Assembly: GCA_963693365.1 (NCBI GenBank)
Contig: CAVNZM010000076.1
Location: forward strand, 1 to 13,633
From: Amoebidium appalachense
Taxonomy: Eukaryota > Protista > Ichthyosporea
Direction: 5' to 3'
DNA: 13,633 nt
Shown: positions 1 to 7,158 of the stretch, in pieces
How the letters are laid out: the number at the start of each line of letters is the position of its first letter
How positions within the stretch are numbered: the stretch's first letter is position 1
Translations under genes and position numbers: made by a program
Notes under the pieces: generated by a model
Databases searched by the model: none
What the model was told of the DNA's origin: nothing
What the model saw: only the letters and a program-made list of their open reading frames with translations

Positions 1-1
1 A

Positions 2-958
2 AGTCTCCTATGGGAAAAGCTTGCTGCACGGGGTGTACCACACTGCATTGGTGTTCTGTTAGAAGCACTCTTGTCTCAAACCTATGGTAGAGCTGTGGTT
101 AATGGGCATCTTTCATATGGTTTTGCTCGTACTAGAGGTCTCTTGCAGGGTTCATTGCTTAGCCCCTTTTTGTTTAACCTATTTATAGATGATTTGGCTG
201 TCAAGATTTACGCCGAAAACGATGACCCTATTAATAACTTTCCGCCTGCACTTCTCTATGCTGATGATCTGTCCCTCCTTGCCCGTACCCCTAGACGCCT
301 GCAAAGATTGTTCGATGTAGTGTCAGAGTGGTGCAAGGCAAACCTTATGATCCTTAACATAGACAAATGTGGTGTTCTTGTACCTGATATAGCTAACAAT
401 TTACACACATTTACATTATCATCTAAACCTGTACCTATAGTTCCAGAATACAAATATCTTGGTGTTCCGGTTGATTCTGTTGGTGTTATGTTTCCCCATA
501 TGGTCGAAAAGAGGGTAGAGTTGGCTCGTAAGCGGTTAGCTTTCTTCTCGGCTAATATTTTTAAAGACACACCCCTCCATCCTTCTATTAGACTTACATT
601 TATTCGCACTTTTGTCTTCCCGGCATGTGAATATGGTTTACCCCTTCTCGCCGCTTGGATCAAGAAAGAGAGAACTAGAGCGCTTAAACCCTTGGCAAAT
701 TTCCTTGAAGCAGAAGTTGCCTCCTTTCTATCTAACAACTGTTGTAAACCTGGGCCTGTAACGCTCTCGATATATGGTCTGGTCCCAATAGCTGCTAGAG
801 TATCCTATCTCGCGCTGAAATTCAATAAGCACATAAGCCGCTTAAAGAAGTATTTGCCCTCCCACCCTCTCTTCTCTATCCGACCTGTCCCCTCCTCACC
901 CTCTCCCCTCTTTCCTCCCCTCTCTCTCCCCTTCTCCCCTGGGCACAAATACAAATAA
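2..958 (+). CDS. LINE ORF2 reverse transcriptase domain, 5'-partial
   Basis: Frame is open from base 2 (SLLWEKLAARGVPHCIGVLLEALLSQTYGRAVVNG...). Contains the QGSxLSPxLFNLF, YADD, NIDKC and YKYLG motifs typical of non-LTR RT. Confidence 0.9.
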   Translation, partial: SLLWEKLAARGVPHCIGVLLEALLSQTYGRAVVNGHLSYGFARTRGLLQGSLLSPFLFNLFIDDLAVKIYAENDDPINNFPPALLYADDLSLLARTPRRLQRLFDVVSEWCKANLMILNIDKCGVLVPDIANNLHTFTLSSKPVPIVPEYKYLGVPVDSVGVMFPHMVEKRVELARKRLAFFSANIFKDTPLHPSIRLTFIRTFVFPACEYGLPLLAAWIKKERTRALKPLANFLEAEVASFLSNNCCKPGPVTLSIYGLVPIAARVSYLALKFNKHISRLKKYLPSHPLFSIRPVPSSPSPLFPPLSLPFSPGHKYK

Positions 959-971
959 ACCCCGCAATAGT

Positions 972-1541
972 GTGTGTGTGACTTTGGACTGCCACTTACT
1001 TATTAAACATGTACACAATCACAAGATAATCACGCAATATAACAAATGGAAAAAGATACCACACGACACTAGACCCGATGAAAGCATACACCTTGAAAAA
1101 CTAAGCCTTATGTCTCGTTTTATATATACTGACCGCCTCAACCATATTGCCAAATATGGCACTCGCAAGTGTATAACACCTAAATACATATTACCTTCCT
1201 GTAGAACTGGTCTTTCTCTAGCTGATGGTATTATTGATCAATTACCACGCTTTTACTGTACACGTGCTATACAGTGGAGATCTAATAAGTATAAGGTGGC
1301 ATCATTTGCATGCCCAAACAACACACACACACACCAGTTTAACCGGTCATGTATCGCCAAATGTAGTTTGATAGACCACATAATACCGCAACACACACAC
1401 GTCACATTCACAACAGACACCCAGAAAGATAGCCTACCTGTAAATTACAACATCCTTGATTTTATACTAAACACGCGTAACTACGACCTGTTTATTAGAT
1501 GTATTGATTGGCTTGAGAAACACATCACTACAAAATTATAG
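972..1541 (+). CDS. Probable C-terminal part of LINE ORF2, separated from the RT by one +1 frameshift
   Basis: Frame is stop-free from 846, overlapping the RT frame across a CT-rich tract. It has AIQWR...CPNNTHTHQFNRSCIAKC (Cys/His cluster) and stops just before the 3' UTR. Confidence 0.65.
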   Translation: MCVTLDCHLLIKHVHNHKIITQYNKWKKIPHDTRPDESIHLEKLSLMSRFIYTDRLNHIAKYGTRKCITPKYILPSCRTGLSLADGIIDQLPRFYCTRAIQWRSNKYKVASFACPNNTHTHQFNRSCIAKCSLIDHIIPQHTHVTFTTDTQKDSLPVNYNILDFILNTRNYDLFIRCIDWLEKHITTKL

Positions 1542-1545
1542 CGCA

Positions 1546-1549
<4 letters not shown>

Positions 1550-1613
<64 letters not shown>
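1550..1613. repeat. (CA)32 microsatellite
   Basis: Perfect dinucleotide run starting 9 bp after the LINE stop codon. Confidence 0.98.
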
Positions 1614-1614
<1 letters not shown>

Positions 1615-1646
1615 CCAGCTGATACCGAGTGTCCCGAGGGGAGCCC

Positions 1647-1650
<4 letters not shown>

Positions 1651-1702
<52 letters not shown>
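1651..1702 (+). repeat. Poly(A) tract (A52), likely the LINE tail
   Basis: Uninterrupted A run about 110 bp downstream of the ORF stop. Confidence 0.9.
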
Positions 1703-1703
<1 letters not shown>

Positions 1704-1927
1704 GGGGAACCCCAACTAATTGATTTCTCCTTGTAGTCTTTATGGTGTCTCGTAGAGAAAGTAAACCCTGATATATAGTCACCACCCGACATCTATGTAC
1801 GTGATCATGATATACCGCTGAGGGGATATTCCGAGCAAAACCCCCCCCCCCATACCTGAGACTGGTTCTCTTTGCCTCGAGTAAACAGCGTAAACCCCAA
1901 GTAGACATCTCCTCTCTTAAGGATAGT

Positions 1928-3763
1928 ATGGTGAAGGTAGGGGCCCCGGTACACGGTGGGACCCCGAATTCGTTCACCTCTCCTTCCCAGTTTTCTACAC
2001 CTGTTTTTCAGGAACAGGTGGTGTCGTCACAACGCAGTGACAGGTTTTTGCACGACGTGATATGTCAAGTGGAGCAACGTCCAGGGGATATGGTTTTTTC
2101 GGTGGATAAACCCACCAAAGGCCAACGTCGGACATGGGAAAATCGTACAAAAAGGTGTGCTCTCCAATGTGTGTTGCAAGATGGTGTTCTTTATCATTTA
2201 AGTGGGCCACAAGGTCAACGTTTGTGGGTTCCCCCTCGTTTGGTTGATATGGTGCTTGAACACATGCATGATGCTCCGTGGGCGGGTCATTTAGGTGTGT
2301 CCCGTACATATCAACGTGTGCAAGTGAATTATTATTGGCCTGGCATGAGTAAGGATGTGGAGAGAAAGGTGTTGGGATGTCATGCATGTGCATTTCACAA
2401 TCAATCCACACACATGCGAAGTCGGGTCCCCCAGTATCATGGTACTTTTATTAAGGCTTTTGAACGGGTAGCTATGGATGTGATGGGGCCTTTCCCCGAA
2501 ACAGTGCAGGGTAATCATTATATTGTTACTCTCACTGATTTAGCTACACGTTGGACTGAAACTGTCCCTATTCGTTCAAGTGATGCAGTGACGTTGGCAC
2601 GTGTGTTTTTGCATCATGTTTGTCTTCGTTTTGGCCCCCCCCGTTCTGTGTTAAGTGATAGGGGTAGCTCATTTTTGTCTGAAATAATGAGTGAGGTGTG
2701 TAAACTGTTGGGTGTGTCATTGTTGCATACGTCTGCTTACCACCCTCAAGCTAATGGCGTTGCTGAACGTGCACATGCAGTGTTTCAATCGTGTTTAGCA
2801 AAATATGTGGATATGGAGCACGCTGACTGGGATAGTGTACTTCCTTTTGTGGTGCATGCTTATCGTACCACACCTAATGCTATCACTGGTTTTTCTCCGT
2901 ATTTTCTGGTGCATGGTCAGGAGTGTACCGAGTTCTTAGATGTGAGTATGCTTCCTGCCTTCTCTGGTCCTCTCCGTATGGAAGAGTGGACTAAGTATAG
3001 GGAGGAGGTGTTGGCTCGAGTTTTGCATGCCCGTGAAGTGGCACGGCAACGTACAGAGCAAGCACATGAATCTCTTACTAACAGCACTAACACTAACATT
3101 CCTCTCCGTACTTTTAAAGTGGGCAGTAAGGTGTTGGTTAGGAATTTCACCCGTGCTAAGGGTGGCCCCGTGAAGAAATGGAGACCACGGTTCTTGGGTC
3201 CATATATAGTGTTAGCCCGGATAGGTAGTACTGAATACAAACTCCGGCATACGGTGAATGAGCACGATATTCGCCAGTATAACGTCGACGACATTAAGGC
3301 TTACCACGAATTTGCCTTCCGTGCTCTTTCGACGTTTTCTCAGTGTCCTAACACCCAGCATAACGGTATTCCAGAGTTAGGTGGCATGGACACCACGGTA
3401 GAGAAAATTTTGGATAAGAAAGTAGTTACAGTCAACGGCCATGCAACCACTTATTATCGAGTCAAATTTGCAGGCTACGACACGGCTTTCAATCAGTGGC
3501 GTCCAGAGTCTTTATTATGGTGCCCAGAGTTAATCCACGCATACGAACGTCGGGTAGTTAGACAACCTTCTCATCCTAAGGTTGTTGTTCCTAGAAATCC
3601 AAAAACACCACGGGTAGACAAACAGGTCGACGTCACTCAGTCGGTGAGTGTTAACTCGACACCAAATGCTACAGATGCACGCACGGCTCGTCTTTTCCGA
3701 CGACGGCAGTTGCGCGATGTTCTGTTCCCACGGCGGGAAAAGAAACTTGAATCGATGTGTTAA
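1928..3763 (+). CDS. Ty3/gypsy integrase (HHCC zinc finger, DDE core, GPY/F, C-terminal chromodomain)
   Basis: HDAPWAGHLG...CHAC; DVMGP, SDRGS, HPQANGVAER; FLGPYIV; VEKILDKK...YYRVKFAGY...NQWRP...PELIHAYE (~3395-3550). Frame is open from 1811. Confidence 0.93.
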   Translation: MVKVGAPVHGGTPNSFTSPSQFSTPVFQEQVVSSQRSDRFLHDVICQVEQRPGDMVFSVDKPTKGQRRTWENRTKRCALQCVLQDGVLYHLSGPQGQRLWVPPRLVDMVLEHMHDAPWAGHLGVSRTYQRVQVNYYWPGMSKDVERKVLGCHACAFHNQSTHMRSRVPQYHGTFIKAFERVAMDVMGPFPETVQGNHYIVTLTDLATRWTETVPIRSSDAVTLARVFLHHVCLRFGPPRSVLSDRGSSFLSEIMSEVCKLLGVSLLHTSAYHPQANGVAERAHAVFQSCLAKYVDMEHADWDSVLPFVVHAYRTTPNAITGFSPYFLVHGQECTEFLDVSMLPAFSGPLRMEEWTKYREEVLARVLHAREVARQRTEQAHESLTNSTNTNIPLRTFKVGSKVLVRNFTRAKGGPVKKWRPRFLGPYIVLARIGSTEYKLRHTVNEHDIRQYNVDDIKAYHEFAFRALSTFSQCPNTQHNGIPELGGMDTTVEKILDKKVVTVNGHATTYYRVKFAGYDTAFNQWRPESLLWCPELIHAYERRVVRQPSHPKVVVPRNPKTPRVDKQVDVTQSVSVNSTPNATDARTARLFRRRQLRDVLFPRREKKLESMC

Positions 3764-3801
3764 ACTTTGTCTCTTCTTCGTCAGAGCTCAGATTTCCTGC
3801 T

Positions 3802-3810
3802 GAGGGGGGG
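3802..3810 (+). other. Polypurine tract of the gypsy element
   Basis: GAGGGGGGG immediately followed by TGTAGC, about 40 bp after the integrase stop. Confidence 0.8.
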
Positions 3811-4063
3811 TGTAGCTTGTCGTGTCCGGCTCGCGGTCGCTCTTTTGGGAGCTTGGCTTACTGTTACTATGTGGCGGGCTGGTGTACGTCATTGAAAGGC
3901 GCAACCATTTATTGTGCCAGATCACCATTACCGGCAATCATTCCCCAGATGAACTGACCGACCGAATTGCTTTTATACCAAAGCAATTTCGTAGCCGTGA
4001 TTGTGGGACAGGAATGCCATCCAGCCTCACCAATCAAAAACCAGATCGGTGAGCCACATAACA
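3811..4063 (+). repeat. Putative 3' LTR of the gypsy element (253 bp, TGTAG...TAACA)
   Basis: Starts with TG after the PPT and ends with CA exactly where recombinase-like coding sequence on the minus strand breaks off. The partner LTR is not in the window. Confidence 0.7.
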
Positions 4064-4453
4064 CCTGGTAGATGATCGGGGCCGGATGTTGTGAGATAGC
4101 TGCCATCTGCCCACCCCTCGTAGGAACCAGGCCAGAGACTTGTCGTGGGGGTAGGGAGCAGGGAGGCCCATGTCGAGGTGGAGTCTGGTGATGGCCGAAT
4201 TGTAGCCGGCCAAGGAAGAGGCCTGTACCCCTAGTTGGGCACACCAGGCGAGAAAGAGCTGCACGGTGGGTGGGGAGGCCGGGAGGTAGGAACCGGAGGA
4301 GGATTGCAGCCGGGATGCCATACAAAAATCGATGAACACTTTTTGCACCCGGGAGTAAAAGACCCGAGAGTCGAGGTTGAGACTCAGGGCCTGGCATTCC
4401 TGCAGGGTAGTGGTGGCTCGAAGCAGCTCGGCCGGAGCAGAGTGGGGGGCCAA
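4064..4453 (-). pseudogene. Tyrosine recombinase, N-terminal (SAM-like/core-binding) part, truncated by the gypsy insertion
   Basis: YSRVQKVFIDFC...LPASPPTVQLFLAWCAQLGVQASSLAGYNSAITRLHLDMGLPAP...LRGVGR is typical of DIRS/Ngaro YR N-termini. The catalytic R-H-R-Y region is absent from the window. Confidence 0.8.
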
Positions 4454-4484
4454 TCTGCCAGCGTTGCTCCGGAAGGGGAGATCT

Positions 4485-4527
<43 letters not shown>
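4485..4527. repeat. G43 homopolymer between RNase H and YR
   Basis: Direct count. Confidence 0.95.
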
Positions 4528-4528
<1 letters not shown>

Positions 4529-4534
4529 GGGGTG

Positions 4535-5727
4535 TTAGCCCAGGGGAAGGGATAGGAACTCGTGGACCCAGGAGGGGAAGGGGCCGGGCGCCGGTTGCAG
4601 GGAAGGTCGGAGTCGTCGGGCGCGGGGAAGTTGGTTACGAGAAATGGCATCGGCTAGATGGTTGAGGGGTCCCGGTAGGTAGGAGGCCTGTAACGTAAAT
4701 TGGTATTGCATTTCCATGCGGGTGATGAACCGAATAAGTTTGGCCATCACGGGGTGAGGGGAAGACCGGGAGTGCAGGTCCGATACAGCACCCGTGTTGT
4801 CGTATAAAATACGGACATGGTGGCCAGTGGACCAGGAGGGGGCCCAGAGGACCGCGGCGGCGGCGATGGCCAAGAGTTCGATGACGGATGAACCGAGTTT
4901 ACCCTCATGAGCATAGAGGGCTTGGGTGGAGGGAGACCAGGGCATGAAAAACCATTGGTCGAGCCAGTGGCCCCCTAGACCAACTGATCCGGCAGCATCG
5001 GTGGCCAGGGTGGTGTATGTGGGGGGTGTGATAAGGTGCACCTCATTCCATGATGTGAGGAACTGGCCATTCGGCTATGTCTGCCCGGGCGGCAGCAGCC
5101 AGCCGTATGTGGTGGTGGCCGGCAAGGTGTGGGTGTGTCCGGAGAAGGGCCCATAGGCGCTGGGAGAAGGCCCTCCTGGGGGGAACCAGCTGGGCACACC
5201 AGGTGAGTTTGCCGAGGAGGGATTGCAGGTCCCGAATGGTGATGGTGGGTTTTGGGTGTGAAGTGAGGGCGAGTAGGTCCGAGAGCTTGGTCGCAGGGAT
5301 CCGTGCCTCCATGGTGACGGAGTCGAATTCGATACCGATGAAAACGATACGGGTAGCCGGGCCCTGCATCTTGTCTTCGGAGATGGCAATGTGCAGCTCT
5401 CGGCAGAGTTGCAGGAAGGTGGATAGGTAACGTTGGCACTGCGCTTGGGTGGGGGCGACTATAATCCAGTCGTCTACGTAGTGGCGGATGAGGGTAACAC
5501 CGTGCTGGTGTGCCAGCCACTGGAGGGTGGCCGCGATCCGTTCCCAGATAGCTGGGCTAGATTTCAGGCCGAAGGGCAGTCTGGTGTCAACGTAAAAATG
5601 CCCCTGCTATTTGAATGCCATTAAGTGATGGTCTTCTGGTCGGATGGGCATGTGCTGGAAGGCAGCGTGCACGTCTGCCACGGCCATGTAGCAGCCGGGG
5701 CATGCGTCGAGAATGAGCTGGGTGACG
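4535..5727 (-). pseudogene. Ngaro/DIRS-like RT (C-terminal part) and RNase H, disrupted
   Basis: ADVHAAFQHMPI, RLPFGLKSSP, HYVDDW, FIGIEFDS, LQSLLGKL; RNase H motifs TDAAG, IELLAI, YDNTGAV, NHLADAISR. In-frame TAG at 5607-5609 and a frameshift at ~5066. Confidence 0.9.
5723..5727. repeat. Target-site duplication TGACG (left copy; right copy at 12826-12830)
   Basis: Identical 5-mer directly flanks both outer LTR ends. Confidence 0.95.
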
Positions 5728-6529
5728 TGAAAAATTGTATAAGTATTCTGACTGTGAATGTTAAGTCAAATCAAATCAACATATGATTTCCGACCAGTCG
5801 GAAATCAGATCCATGTCTAAAATAACCAATCACAATGAACTGATTATTACTACGATAGATCTGGGATACGGAAACGCGCGCTATAGGTCACAGCTACCAG
5901 CAAGGATCAAGGTGTAGCAGTAACGAGGAAAGAGGGAGCTGTGATTTATGTTTCTAGCCTATCAATAGCTGCAAAGACTTAGACACTTCCTGACTAAGTC
6001 TACTGATTGGACACAGCACGGCAATACACAAACCTAAAGTGTTTTAGTAAGCTATGATTCACACATGACAAACTAAAGTGTAGCCTATGTGTTTTGCAGC
6101 CTATCAAAACACAACGAGTAACACAAAACTACTCAACGTATATTAGTAGAAAAGAAACATGATCATGTAAATGAAAACGAGGGAGAAAAGGAAAAGAAAA
6201 GAAAGAAGGAGAAGGAGGAAAGAGAGACGAATACAGAACAGTAAACACGAATACTAAAGCACAGCTACAACAGCAGATATTCACGTACACATGAACATGT
6301 ACACGTCTCTCCCTGAGTGGGTGGAAACGTGCACACACATATCAACACACTAATCAGTGATGAAACACACGATTAGAACCGATCTAACTCGATTACATGT
6401 GTATAGACACATGAGAGATCGATGAGACATTTTTCGTACAAGGAAAGTGACTTAAGCAATAATCACACAGCCGAAGACACAACTCAAACTGTAAAGATCT
6501 TACACACGTAGCTACAACGTACTACAACA
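5728..6529 (-). repeat. Copia 3' LTR (802 bp)
   Basis: Direct repeat of 11621-12825 apart from two missing blocks, a 5-bp duplication and about 5 substitutions. Confidence 0.96.
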
Positions 6530-6538
6530 TCCCCACTT
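6530..6538 (-). other. Copia polypurine tract (AAGTGGGGA)
   Basis: Abuts the TGTTG start of the 3' LTR on the minus strand. Confidence 0.8.
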
Positions 6539-6636
6539 AAGACTTTGAAGTTTGTGTTCTCACATATCCCCACTGAACTAATAAAATCTCCCCACTTGAG
6601 AACGGAAACTAAAAAAGTAAATTGTGTGTGGTCCCC

Positions 6637-6720
6637 GGGGGGGGGGGGGGGGGGGAGGAGGGGGGGGGGGAAAGGGGGGGGGGGGGGAGGGGGGGGGGGA
6701 AGGGGGGGGGGGGGGAAGAA
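6637..6720. repeat. 84-nt purine-only tract with G19/G11/G14/G11/G14 runs in the copia 3' UTR
   Basis: Direct reading. Confidence 0.95.
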
Positions 6721-6856
6721 CAACAGCAAGGGAAAGAAAATACACCGAAGAAGACACCTCCAGAAAATCCACGGTGAATTGTAGTAGCTGATGCAGGCTC
6801 ACAACGACGGTAGCCAAAATACAGTAGTTTGACGGTGGTGAATAAAATAAAATATT

Positions 6857-6897
6857 CAGATGGTGGTATATCATATGCAGATGGTGGTATATCATAT
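6857..6897. repeat. Tandem duplication, 2 x CAGATGGTGGTATATCATAT (period 21)
   Basis: Copies at 6857-6876 and 6878-6897. Confidence 0.95.
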
Positions 6898-7158
6898 AGG
6901 TTAACGGGAGCCATCCGTGGAAACACTAACCGATGTGTTTGACTCAGTTAGACAGTGAGTCGGCCAGTATTCGCAAAGGTGGCTAGCCTCAGGTGTATAT
7001 GTGTTGTGCTAAGCTATGAACCCTTAAAAATGGGCAGACCCCACTTAAGGCAAAAAAAATACATATACAAAATCGTAGTAGTAGACGTTCCAACTGGGAA
7101 GCAGAGTAGATGAAGCTGCTGTCCAGGGCCCCAGCTGTAGTAGAAGACCACACGATGA

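Larger units (their letters stand above)
1..1702 (+). mobile_element. Non-LTR retrotransposon (LINE), 3' portion; 5' part lies outside the window
   Basis: LINE-type RT motifs (GLLQGSLLSPFLFNLFIDDL, LLYADDL, YKYLGV), a Cys/His-containing C-terminus, a short 3' UTR and a terminal A52 tract at 1651-1702. Confidence 0.9.
1703..4063 (+). mobile_element. Ty3/gypsy LTR retrotransposon (chromovirus-like), 3' portion
   Basis: Gypsy-type integrase with GPY/F motif and chromodomain, followed by a PPT and a TG...CA segment; no RT/RNase H in the window. Confidence 0.85.
4064..5727 (-). mobile_element. Tyrosine-recombinase retrotransposon (Ngaro/DIRS-like), middle fragment
   Basis: Gene order RT - RNase H - YR on the minus strand, GC-rich. 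No methyltransferase domain follows RNase H, which favours Ngaro over DIRS1. Confidence 0.88.

Noticed and set aside
256-738. 160-aa minus-strand ORF and similar antisense or alternate-frame ORFs over TE genes (e.g. 1995-2411, 2917-3294, 7482-8006, 7849-8196, 8200-8541)
   Set aside because: Shadow ORFs of well-supported coding frames, with no recognisable motifs
1504-1977. ORFs encoding poly-HT, poly-K, poly-F or poly-CV
   Set aside because: Translation of the (CA)32 and A52 repeats
1928-3763. Ginger or Polinton-type stand-alone integrase
   Set aside because: A PPT followed by a TG..CA segment fits an LTR retrotransposon better, and no TIR is seen
1928-3763. Apparent compositional shift (TG-rich 5' part, more CG in the chromodomain part) suggesting a chimera
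   Set aside because: Only a visual impression, not quantified, and with no defined breakpoint
4064-4453. Phage or bacterial integrase
   Set aside because: It directly follows a DIRS/Ngaro-type RT-RNase H in a eukaryotic TE cluster
5607-5609. TAG reassignment or RIP suggested by in-frame TAGs here and near 1734 and 1776
   Set aside because: The long ORFs contain no internal TAG and the five LTR substitutions show no consistent CpA>TpA bias; there are too few events
6129-6338. Identical 69-aa hydrophobic ORF in both LTRs (also 12425-12634)
   Set aside because: Identity follows from LTR duplication; non-ATG start and low-complexity CT-rich sequence
6484-6926. Poly-Pro/poly-Gly ORFs after pol, considered as an env-like extra gene
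   Set aside because: Short, produced by G-runs in several frames, and overlapping the PPT/LTR
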